Shown piece by piece: positions 8,575-18,062 of a stretch of DNA of 46,005 bases; position 1 is the stretch's first letter; each line of letters starts with the position of its first letter. The notes beneath the pieces were generated by a model. The model ran no database searches and had not been told where the DNA came from. It was given only the letters and a program-made list of their open reading frames with translations. Origin of the DNA: Gemmatimonadales bacterium (GTDB lineage Bacteria > Gemmatimonadota > Gemmatimonadetes > Gemmatimonadales > GWC2-71-9). Where the stretch lies: the NCBI GenBank assembly GCA_041615815.1, contig JBFJCP010000033.1, forward strand, positions 1-46,005, written 5' to 3'. A program made the position numbers and the translations under genes.

Positions 8575-9456
8575 CTACCCTCTGCGATACCTCCGTAACC
8601 TTCTCAACATCTTCCGGTCCATCTGGACCGGGTCTTCGCCCTTTGGTGTCTCGAGGACTTTGATGATATCCCGGAAGCGGGGATCGCGCATGAGTCGGCG
8701 AAATGGCTCGGGTCCTAGTGTTCCCTCGCCGATCAACTCGTGGCGGTCGCGCCGCGAGCCTAGCGGTGTCTTGGAGTCGTGGAGGTGCATGCACCGAAGC
8801 GACCGCAGACCTATCGTGCGGTCCCAGGCGCGCCAGACGCCGGACCAGTCTCCCACAAGGTCGTATCCCGCCGCGTACAGGTGGCACGTGTCCGCGCAGA
8901 AGCCGATGCGGCGGCGGAAACGTGCCGGCACCAGCTGTCGGAGCCGGGCGAGCTCCTCGAAGGACGACCCCAACGCTGTGCCGGTTCCGGCTGTTGTCTC
9001 GATCAGGATCATCGGGCCGCGCACGGCGGCGAGACACTCGGCGTAGGCCTCGGCATTGCGGGCCAGACCCCTCGCACGATCATCCATGTAGTTGCCCGGA
9101 TGTGTGACGACGTACCGAACGCCGAGGGCCCGACAGCGTTCCAGCTCACCCCGAAAGGCTTCGATGGATCGGCGCCGCAACTGGGTGTTCGGTGACGCGA
9201 GGTTGATGAGGTAGCTGTCGTGGGAGACGATGGTGCGGATCCCCGTGCGGCGACACTCTCGGCGGAAGCACCGGACCTCGTCTGGCGGCAAGTTGGGCTC
9301 TTTCCATTGACTCGGTGTCTTGGTGAAGATCTGGATGGCCGTGGCACCGATAGCGGCACCACGCGCCGGCGCACGGGAAACACCACCCGCCGTCGACACG
9401 TGCGCACCAAGTAGGATTTCGTCTCCTGCCCCGCGCTGTCCGCGCCTTGTGATCAC
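8575..9456 (-). CDS. nfo: Endonuclease IV (AP endonuclease)
   Basis: LGAHVSTAGG, QIFTK, HDSYLINLAS, HPG, ETTAGTGT, DTCHLYAAGYD, HLHDSK, DRHELIGEG, LETPK. GTG start at 9456 overlaps the pcm stop (GTGA). Confidence 0.95.
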   Translation of the reverse strand: MITRRGQRGAGDEILLGAHVSTAGGVSRAPARGAAIGATAIQIFTKTPSQWKEPNLPPDEVRCFRRECRRTGIRTIVSHDSYLINLASPNTQLRRRSIEAFRGELERCRALGVRYVVTHPGNYMDDRARGLARNAEAYAECLAAVRGPMILIETTAGTGTALGSSFEELARLRQLVPARFRRRIGFCADTCHLYAAGYDLVGDWSGVWRAWDRTIGLRSLRCMHLHDSKTPLGSRRDRHELIGEGTLGPEPFRRLMRDPRFRDIIKVLETPKGEDPVQMDRKMLRRLRRYRRG

Positions 9457-10067
9457 TCCGTGAATGCGTCCCGTGAGATGAGCGGCACGAATCGGCACGG
9501 GGCAACGCTGCGTTCTTCGAGTCCCGTGGCCGTCCGGCGAATGACGAGCAGGTTCTGCATGGCTTGATCGCCCACCGGGATCACCATCTGTCCGCCAACG
9601 GCCAACTGGCTCAGCAACGCGGGCGGTGGGGTTGGCGCCGCGGCCGTGACGATGATGGCGTCATACGGCGCGCCCTCGGGATAACCTTGCGCTCCATCTC
9701 CCGTGATCAACGTAACGTTGTCCAGTCCGAGACCTGCGAGACAGCGTGCCGCCCTCTTAGACAGCGCCTCGAGCCGCTCGATGCTCCAGACATGGTGGGC
9801 GATCTTCGCGAGCACGGCGGTCTGGTAGCCGGTCCCGGTGCCGATCTCGAGCACGCGAGATCTTCTGGTCAATCCCGCCTCCGCCGTCATGAGTGCGACA
9901 ATGTACGGCTGAGAGATGGTCTGGTCGTAGCCGATAGGAAGGGGCATATCGGCGTAGGCCTGATCGCGAAGATAGGGGGGAAGGAAGTGCTCCCGGGGAA
10001 CGGCAGCCATCACGGCAAGAACGCGTCGATCCGTGATGCCGCGAGATCTGAGGTGACGCCGCACCAT
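9453..10067 (-). CDS. pcm: Protein-L-isoaspartate O-methyltransferase
   Basis: VPREHF, AYADMPLPIGYDQTISQPYIVALM, VLEIGTGTGYQTAVL, GDGAQGYPEGAPYDAIIVTAA, RFVPLI. Start approximate. Confidence 0.95.
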   Translation of the reverse strand: MVRRHLRSRGITDRRVLAVMAAVPREHFLPPYLRDQAYADMPLPIGYDQTISQPYIVALMTAEAGLTRRSRVLEIGTGTGYQTAVLAKIAHHVWSIERLEALSKRAARCLAGLGLDNVTLITGDGAQGYPEGAPYDAIIVTAAAPTPPPALLSQLAVGGQMVIPVGDQAMQNLLVIRRTATGLEERSVAPCRFVPLISRDAFTE

Positions 10068-10095
10068 GCGACGGCGGCGTGGATCCGCGATGCGG

Positions 10096-10794
10096 CTACC
10101 CTCCCTCGTCGCGCGAACGGGCCCGCAAGCGAGCCAGGAAGGAAGCTCCCGGTGGGCCCCGTTCGCGGTCTTCCAACCGCGTCTCGGCCTCTGCCGCGCG
10201 GCGCTCCAGCTCGAGTTTCGAGCGTCGCAGACGTTCCACGAGCTCCCGTTCCTGCACGAGCGCTTCACGCAGCGCGTCCAACTCTTCGGTCAGCTCCACC
10301 GCCTTGGGATCCCGGTTCGCCGCAGGCACGTCCTCGGACGCGGTCGCCGGGAGGGCCTGTCGGGACTCACGGGTCAGACGGTCGACGATGCCATCGAGGA
10401 TCACATGCTGTCGTTCCACCGCCTCACCCAACCGCACGATCTCTCGCACCATCTGCCACATCACTTCCTGTCGTTCGATCTCCCGGTTCAGACGCGTGGC
10501 GAGGACGGGGTCATGCGGCTGCGTGGCAGGGAGGGGCGCCTGAGCCTCCGGCACCGTCTCGACGGACACCGCCGCACCCAACGCCGCCTCGATGTCCTCG
10601 CGAGTCCGCCCTGCGGCATAGAGATTGGCAATTTCCCCCAGCACCTCGGCGGCTTCGGTCGGGTAGCGACGGCGGCGTCCCCTCCCCACCGTGGGGACAT
10701 ACGCCGCAAATGCGTCCCGGTAGTAGCGCACCGTCGATTCGGGGAGCTGCAATTGCTGGGCGATGTCGCGCAGGGTGCGAAGGGGCTCACCCAT
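10096..10794 (-). CDS. MerR-type HTH protein with C-terminal coiled coil (RacA-like architecture)
   Basis: TLRDIAQQLQLPESTVRYYRDAF...GRRRRY (MerR HTH); heptad-rich C-half; ends in an amphipathic SFLARLR segment. Confidence 0.75.
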   Translation of the reverse strand: MGEPLRTLRDIAQQLQLPESTVRYYRDAFAAYVPTVGRGRRRRYPTEAAEVLGEIANLYAAGRTREDIEAALGAAVSVETVPEAQAPLPATQPHDPVLATRLNREIERQEVMWQMVREIVRLGEAVERQHVILDGIVDRLTRESRQALPATASEDVPAANRDPKAVELTEELDALREALVQERELVERLRRSKLELERRAAEAETRLEDRERGPPGASFLARLRARSRDEGG

Positions 10795-10801
10795 GGGGAT
10801 C

Positions 10802-11992
10802 TCAGCGCCTGCGGGGCCGCAACCAGTTTTCGGGATCCAGGGCAATGGGGTTGCCACCGTCTTGCCCCTGTCGGATCTGAAACTCCAGATGCGGTCCCAC
10901 GTCCGAGTTGGCGCCCCCGGTCAGTCCAATCACTTGTCCTCGGGTCACGCGTTGGCCACGGGCGACGTCGAAACGGGATAGATAGAGGTAGAGTGTGTAG
11001 AAGCCCCCGCCATGGTTCACGATGATGGTGGGACCCCACGTACCCAGGGGACGAGCCATATCCACGGTGCCGTCCGCCACCGCCCGCACGGGTGTTCCCG
11101 CCGGGGCTCTGATCCCGAGCCCTCGGTGCGAGATCGTGGTGTTATCGGGTCCCGGCGCCGGGCCGAAGCGATACGCCACCGAGCCCTCCACGGGCCAGTC
11201 GAGCCCGCCGATGTCCGCCATCGTGATCGCGCCGGTGCCGGCGCCGCCGCCGCCCGCGCGGCGCCGGTCACGCTCGAGCGTAGCGAGAATGCTGGCCAAC
11301 CGTTCTTCGTCGCGGGTCAGGGCGTCGAGACGAGACGATGTTGCTTCCTCCGACGCCCTTGTTTGCTGTAAGCTGCGCTGCCGGCGCACCTCGAGGCGCA
11401 CGTAGCGGTCGAGTTCCTGTCCCCGCTCGTCCCGCCGGCGCTCCAGCTCGCGTTGTACGCTCACGTGCTGGCCCCGTCGCTGTGCAATGCGATCCCGTAA
11501 CTCCTCTACCTCACCTACCAGCGCGCGATCTTGCCGGCTGATCAAGAACAGGTACTTGTACCGACTCAAGAGCTGTCCAAAGCTCTCCGCCGCGAGCAAG
11601 ACCTGCACCGCCCACAAAGATCCGCGCTTGTAGATATCGACGAGGCGTTTCTCCAGCACCGCACGCTTCTCCGCCAACGCATCCTGAGCGAGGATCAAGT
11701 CCATGGTGAGTGAGTCGAGCTCGCTTCCCATGGTGCCGATCTGTCGGTCGAGCTCGTTGACCATACGGGTCGTCACGGCCTTCTGCCGCTCGATGTTGCG
11801 AAGCTCGCTGGTTATGGAGTGCGCTCGTCCTCGCAACCGGTCGAGCTCGTCTTCCAGCTCGGCCCTTTCCCGTCGAATCGCCTCCAATCGGTCCCGATTG
11901 TCTCGGATGCGCCGGCCGATGTCGTCCTGCGCCCCCGCCGGCGAGGCCATGACAGCGACCACGAGCACCGTCAGGAGCCGGTGCCTCATCAT
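10802..11992 (-). CDS. envC: Murein hydrolase activator EnvC (coiled coil plus degenerate M23/LytM)
   Basis: Signal peptide, long coiled coil, LDWPVEG; LytM metal motifs degenerate (HRGLGI, PHLEFQIR); directly after ftsX with ATGA overlap. Confidence 0.85.
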   Translation of the reverse strand: MMRHRLLTVLVVAVMASPAGAQDDIGRRIRDNRDRLEAIRRERAELEDELDRLRGRAHSITSELRNIERQKAVTTRMVNELDRQIGTMGSELDSLTMDLILAQDALAEKRAVLEKRLVDIYKRGSLWAVQVLLAAESFGQLLSRYKYLFLISRQDRALVGEVEELRDRIAQRRGQHVSVQRELERRRDERGQELDRYVRLEVRRQRSLQQTRASEEATSSRLDALTRDEERLASILATLERDRRRAGGGGAGTGAITMADIGGLDWPVEGSVAYRFGPAPGPDNTTISHRGLGIRAPAGTPVRAVADGTVDMARPLGTWGPTIIVNHGGGFYTLYLYLSRFDVARGQRVTRGQVIGLTGGANSDVGPHLEFQIRQGQDGGNPIALDPENWLRPRRR

Positions 11993-12846
11993 ACCTTCCG
12001 TAGATGGCGCCCGACGCTCATCGAGCTGGCTGCCAATCCCAAAGCCGTTCCGGCCATGACGAGGAGAATCGATTGTTGGGTGGTGAAGAACGTCCCTTGT
12101 AGAATGTTCCGGGTGAGGGCGGCGTAGGCGGCGAAGCAGAGTACGATGGCCGCCAGTCCTCCAAACGCTCCCTTGATCGCGCCGTCGAGCAGGAAGGGAC
12201 GCCGGATGAAGCCGTCGGTGGCGCCGACGAGTCGCATGATCTCGATCTCTCGTGCGCGGTGCAGCACCGACATGCGGATCGTCGTGCCAATGATGATCAC
12301 GGCCGCCATCGCGAACGCCCCGCCGATCACCAGCCCCACGGCACCGGCCAGGTTGCGCAACCGATCGAGCTTGCTCACCCAATCGCCGCCATACCGGATG
12401 TCCTCGGCAAAACGAAACCCTTCCAGGCGTTGCGCCACGGCCCGGACATGCTCCACGTCGCGGTATCCGGGCTTGAGGCGAACCTCCAGCGAGGCCGGCA
12501 GCGGGTTGACCGAGAGATCCTCGAACACCCCCTGCAGCTCGACGAGTTCGTCCCGCGCCCGTTCGAGCGCTTGATCCTCAGTGACGTACGCGACCTCCGC
12601 CACCTCCGGGAAGGTCTCGATGTCACCGATGGCCATCGTCGCCACCTCCACGGGCGTTCCCCGCATGAGGTACATCACGATCTCCACCCGCTCCTCCACT
12701 TGCTGCAGGGCCGCGCGGAGATTGAGCGCGGTCAGCGCAAAGAGGCCGAAGACGAAAAGGGCAAAGGCAATGGTCGTGACCGATAAGACGGACAGCGCCG
12801 GAGCGCGGCGGAATGACAACAACGCCTCCCGAATCACGAGCCTCAT
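11989..12846 (-). CDS. ftsX: Cell division permease FtsX
   Basis: NPLPASLEV, REIEIMRLVGATDGFIRRPFLLDG; four TM segments; follows ftsE. Confidence 0.95.
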   Translation of the reverse strand: MRLVIREALLSFRRAPALSVLSVTTIAFALFVFGLFALTALNLRAALQQVEERVEIVMYLMRGTPVEVATMAIGDIETFPEVAEVAYVTEDQALERARDELVELQGVFEDLSVNPLPASLEVRLKPGYRDVEHVRAVAQRLEGFRFAEDIRYGGDWVSKLDRLRNLAGAVGLVIGGAFAMAAVIIIGTTIRMSVLHRAREIEIMRLVGATDGFIRRPFLLDGAIKGAFGGLAAIVLCFAAYAALTRNILQGTFFTTQQSILLVMAGTALGLAASSMSVGRHLRKV

Positions 12847-13538
12847 CGCACCGCCCTCCCGCTCTCCGATTCATCGACGGCGGAATCGAATACCACAGCT
12901 CCATCCTGTAACTCGATGGTCCGGTAGGTGGTTTGGCGTACCAGATCCAGATCGTGCGTCGCCATGGCCACCGCGGTGCCGTTCGCGTTGATGTCCCGAA
13001 GGAGTTGGAATACGCCTCGGGTGGCGCGTTCGTCCAGGTTGCCGGTGGGCTCGTCCGCCAGAAGCACCGGTGGATCGTTCACCAGTGCCCGGGCGATGGC
13101 CACGCGCTGCTGCTCGCCACCGGATAGCTCGCGCGGATAGGCTTGTGCCTTGGCTGCCAACCCCACTTGAGCGAGCACCCGCATCGCCTTGGGTGCAATG
13201 ACGCTGCGCCGCGTGCCGGTCACCTCCAAGGCGAAGGCCACATTCTCTTCCGCGGTGCGGTCCTCGAGAAGTCGAAAGTCCTGAAAGACGATCCCGATGC
13301 GGCGTCGGAGCTTGGGGATATCGCGGCCCTTGAGGCGGCTCGTCGCAAAACCGGACACCCGAACTTCACCTGACGTGGGCAGGTCCTCGGCGTAGATCAG
13401 GCGAAGCACGGTCGACTTCCCCGCACCCGAATGGCCGGTGAGAAACACAAACTCGCCTTTCGCCACGTGAAACGACACGTCTTTCAGGGCAAGAGCCCCT
13501 TTGGGGTAGGCCATGAAGACCCGATCGAAGCGGATCAC
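12843..13538 (-). CDS. ftsE: Cell division ATP-binding protein FtsE
   Basis: GHSGAGKST, LRRRIGIVFQDFRLL, LSGGEQQRVAIARA, LLADEPTGNLD. Confidence 0.96.
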   Translation of the reverse strand: MIRFDRVFMAYPKGALALKDVSFHVAKGEFVFLTGHSGAGKSTVLRLIYAEDLPTSGEVRVSGFATSRLKGRDIPKLRRRIGIVFQDFRLLEDRTAEENVAFALEVTGTRRSVIAPKAMRVLAQVGLAAKAQAYPRELSGGEQQRVAIARALVNDPPVLLADEPTGNLDERATRGVFQLLRDINANGTAVAMATHDLDLVRQTTYRTIELQDGAVVFDSAVDESESGRAVR

Positions 13539-14698
13539 TGCTCCAACGCACTCAGTGCTGTATCGAAATCGGCGATGATGTCGTCCACGTCCTCGATGCC
13601 GAGGCTCACGCGAATGAACCCGTCGGGAATTCCCTGTGCAGCTCGCGCGGCCGGGCTCATCTCGGCGTGCGAGGTGAACCGGGGCTCCGACACCAGCGTT
13701 TCGACTCCCCCGAGGCTCGGGGCGTGGGTGCAGAGCTTGAGCTTGCGAAGCACGGTCTCGGCTGCCCGAGGCCCCTCCGCCAGGGTGAGTCCTACCATCC
13801 CGCCGTATCCCTTGAGTGTGAGTTTTGCGACCTCATGATCGGGATGCGTGGGAAGACCGGGGTAGTGGACCGATGCGATGGCGGAGTGCCGTGAGGCCCA
13901 GGTGGCAAAGGCGAGTCCGTTGGCGTTGTGCCGCTCCATGCGCAGCGCGAGCGTCTTCAAACCGCGCTCCACCAGCCACGCGGCGTGTGGATCGATGGCC
14001 GGTCCCCACATCGTGAGCAGCCGGCGCACCTCCTCGACGACCCCCTCACTGCCGGCAATGCCGCCGGCGATCACGTCGGAATGCCCGTTCAGGTACTTGG
14101 TGGCACTGTGGACGACGACATCGGCTCCATGATCCAGCGGGCGAAAATTGATGGGCGACGCAAACGTCGAGTCCACGACGAGCGCCATCCCCTCGTTGCG
14201 GCAAAACGTCGCGACCGGTTCGAGGTCGATCACACGCATCAACGGGTTGGTGGGGGTCTCGAGGAAGATCGCTCGTGTGGTCCGCTTGGCGCAGCGCCGC
14301 CAGTTGCGCGCCTCCGATGGATCCACGAACGTGACCTCGATCCCGAGCTTGCCGAACTCTTGCTCGAAGAGCCGCCGAGTGCCTCCGTAGATCCACTCGC
14401 TGGAGAGGAGGTGATCTCCCGGCCTCAGGATAGCCAGGTGGGCGAGCGCCGTCGCCCCCATGCCGCTCGCCAAGAAAATCGCCATCTCGGCCCCTTCGAG
14501 GGCCGCCAACCGCTCCGCGAGCACCTTTTGATTGGGGTTGTTGCCGTATCGGGTATAGAGCAGGTCTTCGCTCGATCCCACCGGGTTGACGAAGGTCGTG
14601 CTCTGGTACAGCGGTGTGGCCACGGGGGCTCGCTCCGGCCGCACGTGGGGGACCCCGTGGACGGAGGTGGTCGAGGAGCCGGCGTGGGGACGCTTCAT
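13535..14698 (-). CDS. PLP-dependent trans-sulfuration enzyme (cystathionine gamma-synthase/lyase, methionine gamma-lyase family)
   Basis: PLYQSTTF, YTRYGNNP, ASGMGA, ETPTNPLM, VDSTFASP, HSATKYLNGHSD (PLP Lys), SLGGVETL, IRVSLGIED. Confidence 0.92.
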   Translation of the reverse strand: MKRPHAGSSTTSVHGVPHVRPERAPVATPLYQSTTFVNPVGSSEDLLYTRYGNNPNQKVLAERLAALEGAEMAIFLASGMGATALAHLAILRPGDHLLSSEWIYGGTRRLFEQEFGKLGIEVTFVDPSEARNWRRCAKRTTRAIFLETPTNPLMRVIDLEPVATFCRNEGMALVVDSTFASPINFRPLDHGADVVVHSATKYLNGHSDVIAGGIAGSEGVVEEVRRLLTMWGPAIDPHAAWLVERGLKTLALRMERHNANGLAFATWASRHSAIASVHYPGLPTHPDHEVAKLTLKGYGGMVGLTLAEGPRAAETVLRKLKLCTHAPSLGGVETLVSEPRFTSHAEMSPAARAAQGIPDGFIRVSLGIEDVDDIIADFDTALSALEQ

Positions 14699-15228
14699 GA
14701 AACGCTCAGAAGGGCGTAGCGATCTGCGGACAGGTGCACGAGACGTCGAGCGTGGAGGTCCTCAAGCGCCTCCCGCGCATCATCCGGCTCCACGCGGAGA
14801 CGCGTCGCGATCTCGGTGGCGTTCGCCGCGCCGTGCTCAGAGAGCACGGTGAATGCCCGACGCACGAGCTCCCCCATCGGTCCCAATAGCTGCAGCCGCC
14901 CGTCGCGATCTCGGGCCACCGCGGCGAGCCGATGTCGCTCCAACACTTGCTCGATGGCCTCACGATGGGCCTCCGAGACACCATGCAACACGAGCACGCG
15001 GACGCGCCCGTGCGCGAGGAGGAGCTTGCCCACGATCTCATCGGCGCACGAAATGTCCAGACAACGGACCTGACTGAAATCGATGACCGCGACCTGCTCG
15101 TCGTCGATCTCCGCCAACAGCTCTTCGACCCCGTTACGCACCTTCTTCCCCGTGGGGCGGGTCACGAGATCGCCGTACATCCCGGACACGGTGCGCTGCA
15201 ACACGAGCTTCAAGTCAATGAGATGCAT
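14695..15228 (-). CDS. STAS-like domain plus C-terminal winged-helix protein
   Basis: VIDFSQVRCLDISCADEIV resembles the STAS/SpoIIAA phosphoacceptor loop; C-terminal ANATEIATRLRVEPDDAREALEDLHARRLV is HTH-like. Confidence 0.65.
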   Translation of the reverse strand: MHLIDLKLVLQRTVSGMYGDLVTRPTGKKVRNGVEELLAEIDDEQVAVIDFSQVRCLDISCADEIVGKLLLAHGRVRVLVLHGVSEAHREAIEQVLERHRLAAVARDRDGRLQLLGPMGELVRRAFTVLSEHGAANATEIATRLRVEPDDAREALEDLHARRLVHLSADRYALLSVS

Positions 15229-15232
15229 CCGA

Positions 15233-16123
15233 TTACTCGGGCTGGTGTTCTGGAATGATCATGAGTATCTGGCTGCCGGGAAACGCCGGGAGACCGTCCG
15301 CCAGCGGCACGTCGTCGTCCCACCCGGGCACGATGGCAATCCGCGCCGTCCCGCTGCGGAGACTGAGCTTTCCCGACCAGCGGTTCAGGTACCGCGTGAT
15401 GCCCGCCAGCCCCTGGCCACGGCCCGGATCGGGGAACCGGCTGGCATTGTGAAAGAGGGCGGCCTCCAGAGCGGTTGCATCCCCCCAGCGATCACCAAAA
15501 CGGCTTGCCTGGGTCGTGTCCAACGACCGACGAAAGCCAATGCCGGCGTCCGCGACGGCGATCACCAGGACGCGCCGCCCGAGGCGCCGGCGCCACGTGT
15601 AGACCTGGACGGACACCCAGCCAGAGGTGCCGGCGTGCTCTACAATATTTTGACACGCTTCCGAAAGCGCCATAGCGAATCCCATGGTCGCCGAACTCTC
15701 CAGGCCGAGCGCCGTGAGCATGGCCGCCGAGCGATCCTGGATGGCCTCGACCACGGCGTGGACGTCTTCGCTGCCCCGAATCGGGGTGATCTCGAGCAAG
15801 ACCGCCGAGGAGTGGGACGATGCCACCCGGGGCACCTTGCCGTGGATCTCGAAGAGGTCTGTGGCGTGCTCGAAGAACCCGGCGCGAGCCCAATAATGAA
15901 CGGTTTCCCGGTCCTTCGGTACGGTGAGAAGCGGGAGTTCTCCCTCGTCCGTGGCGGCTGCCTGTCCCGCCACCAACAAACCGACGAGCCCGTAGGGAGA
16001 GGCCCACTGGACCGCGTGCGCGTCGAAGAGGAGCCGCTCGCCCCCCAACTCGCCGGTTGCCTTGGCGAACTGGTCGAACGAACGATCATCGAAGCCGGCT
16101 GGGACCTCGACCACCCGCGTCAT
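15233..16123 (-). CDS. STAS-like domain plus GHKL/HATPase_c protein (anti-sigma-factor kinase-like)
   Basis: N box ALSEACQNIVEHA, G1 VADAGIG, G2 GRGQGLA; no HisKA phosphoacceptor domain; N-terminal LLFDAHAVQWASPYGLVGLL is STAS-like. Confidence 0.75.
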   Translation of the reverse strand: MTRVVEVPAGFDDRSFDQFAKATGELGGERLLFDAHAVQWASPYGLVGLLVAGQAAATDEGELPLLTVPKDRETVHYWARAGFFEHATDLFEIHGKVPRVASSHSSAVLLEITPIRGSEDVHAVVEAIQDRSAAMLTALGLESSATMGFAMALSEACQNIVEHAGTSGWVSVQVYTWRRRLGRRVLVIAVADAGIGFRRSLDTTQASRFGDRWGDATALEAALFHNASRFPDPGRGQGLAGITRYLNRWSGKLSLRSGTARIAIVPGWDDDVPLADGLPAFPGSQILMIIPEHQPE

Positions 16124-17073
16124 TGAGGCACGATCTCGCCGCGGAGGTGATACTGCAGGTTCGTGGCCCCGCGGTAGCCGGCATTCCGACCGGCGTACTC
16201 GTTGGCGTTGCGCAGCGCCGTCGCAAGATCGACTCCGGCGATGAGCTGGGCGAACAGCGTGGCGCCAAAGACATCACCGCAGCCCGTGGGATCCAAGACA
16301 TCTCCGGTTGCCGGGACCGAGACGCGCGCGGTGCGAATGGGATCCAGCGCGAGCGGTTTCGAGCTCGCTCGAAAGAGGCTGAACGGTGGTTGCGTGAAGT
16401 ACACGGCTCCCTGCGCACCCAGCGTCACCACTAGGAGGCGCACCCCTCGCGCGAGCGCCTCGGCGGTGACGGTCATGGGGTCATCCCCGATGAGGCTCAG
16501 CTCGTCTTCGTTGAGCTGCACGACGTCAAAGCAGGCGAACCACTCGGCCACGCGCGGTAGACGGCGAGGAATGCGAGTTCCGTCCGCGCTGATTCCAAGG
16601 AGCAGACTGTGTAGATCGGCGTAGATCGGCCCACGAAACCCCTGCCGTAGGTGATGTGCCGATGCTAGATCGAACTCGAATCCGGAGATGAAATTCACGT
16701 AGATGGCTTCAAGGTCCTGCACCAGGGGGCCGAGCTCGTTCCAGGTCCAGGGGGGAACTCCACCCGTCATCTGCTCGCTTCGGCGCGCGGACGAAATGTA
16801 CCGTAGGGTGACCCGGTTGTTGGGTTCGGGAACTTCGACGAACCGATGCGCGCCTCGGCAACGAGTCAGTGATCGGAGAAACTCGTTCGCACGCGGGGCC
16901 AAATCGCGACCCACTTTGATGAGCGGAACGATCCGCCACTCTGGCGGCAGGCTCGCTTCGAGAGCTGCCAACGCGTACGCGATCCCGCCCCATTCCTCCA
17001 CCGGCTCCGTCTCTCCATCCCGCCCATAGATGGTGTCCCACACCATCGTCCCAATGACACCCACGCGTCTCAC
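16120..17073 (-). CDS. PfkB-family carbohydrate kinase
   Basis: WGGIAY, QLNEDE, VVTLGAQGA, DPTGCGDVFGA. Confidence 0.85.
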   Translation of the reverse strand: MRRVGVIGTMVWDTIYGRDGETEPVEEWGGIAYALAALEASLPPEWRIVPLIKVGRDLAPRANEFLRSLTRCRGAHRFVEVPEPNNRVTLRYISSARRSEQMTGGVPPWTWNELGPLVQDLEAIYVNFISGFEFDLASAHHLRQGFRGPIYADLHSLLLGISADGTRIPRRLPRVAEWFACFDVVQLNEDELSLIGDDPMTVTAEALARGVRLLVVTLGAQGAVYFTQPPFSLFRASSKPLALDPIRTARVSVPATGDVLDPTGCGDVFGATLFAQLIAGVDLATALRNANEYAGRNAGYRGATNLQYHLRGEIVPQ

Positions 17074-18062
17074 ACACTCCCTCGAGTCTGGACCGCAAAC
17101 GAGGCGATGGCACCATACACCCCGGCCGTACCGGGCAGCGCCCCTGGAACGATCCGGCAGACGTCCACTGCGTGCCGAAAGGCGCGCCGTTTTACCTCTT
17201 TCTCGAGAGGAGTGAAGAGGCGCTCGCCGGCCAGCGTGACTCCCCCGCAGATTACCACGACCTCCGGGTTGAAGATGTTGATGAGGCTCGCGATCCCCGC
17301 GCCAAGCACCCGCGCGGTCTCGGTGACCACCTCGAGCGCGTATTCGTCTCCAGCGTGCGCGGCCTCATAAACCACCTGAGCGGTAATGGCTTGGAGATTG
17401 CCATCGACATAGGTGGGGAGTTGTGACGTTTCGCCGGCCTCGATCCCTTCGACAGCCCGCTTGGCGATGGCGGGACCCGAGGCGTACGCCTCGAGACAGC
17501 CGTAATTGCCGCAGCCGCATCGACGACCGGACGGATCGATCGTCATGTGACCGAATTCACCGGCAATGTCGCTGGTGCCATGGTAGATGTGGCCATCGAT
17601 CACGATGCCGCCGCCAATGCCCGTCCCGATCGTGAGGCCGATGACGTGCTGCGCTCCTCTGGCGGCGCCCTGCCACCATTCGCCGAAGATGGCGCAGTTG
17701 GCGTCGTTGTCGAGCGTGGCCGTCACGCCCAGGGCCTCGCTCACCCGATCGCGGAGCGGGAAGTCCCGCCACCCCAGGTTCGGTGTCGTGAGCACGACCC
17801 CGCTCTTGGTGTCCAACGGTCCTGGCGAGCCGATTCCCGCACCCACGACGCTCAGGTTAGCCGAGAACGAGACGCGGCTGTCGTCGATGGAGGCTTTGAC
17901 CATCCGGACGATCTGCGCCACGACGCCGTCCGGTCCCTCGGGCACCGCTGTAGGCTCCTTGCGCAGACCGTACAGCGGTCCGCCTCCATCGGGTACGGTG
18001 CCGACGACGACGTTGGTTCCACCCACGTCCACACCAACGATCATCCTCTTGTCGGGTGCCAT
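17070..18062 (-). CDS. ROK-family sugar kinase (glucokinase-like)
   Basis: GVDVGGT, GIGSPGP, DNDANCA, TIGTGIGGG, GEFGH, CGCGNYGCLEAYASG. ATG at 18062 overlaps the lepA TAA. Confidence 0.92.
   Translation of the reverse strand: MAPDKRMIVGVDVGGTNVVVGTVPDGGGPLYGLRKEPTAVPEGPDGVVAQIVRMVKASIDDSRVSFSANLSVVGAGIGSPGPLDTKSGVVLTTPNLGWRDFPLRDRVSEALGVTATLDNDANCAIFGEWWQGAARGAQHVIGLTIGTGIGGGIVIDGHIYHGTSDIAGEFGHMTIDPSGRRCGCGNYGCLEAYASGPAIAKRAVEGIEAGETSQLPTYVDGNLQAITAQVVYEAAHAGDEYALEVVTETARVLGAGIASLINIFNPEVVVICGGVTLAGERLFTPLEKEVKRRAFRHAVDVCRIVPGALPGTAGVYGAIASFAVQTRGSV

Noticed and set aside
9564..11025. Plus-strand ORFs of 438 and 319 aa
   Set aside because: Antisense to pcm, the MerR gene and envC; Arg/Pro-rich with no motifs.
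10802..11200. Active M23 endopeptidase
   Set aside because: The Zn-binding HxxxD and HxH motifs are degenerate, consistent with non-catalytic EnvC.
15233..16123. Classical sensor histidine kinase
   Set aside because: No HisKA H-box, no TM sensor and no adjacent response regulator.
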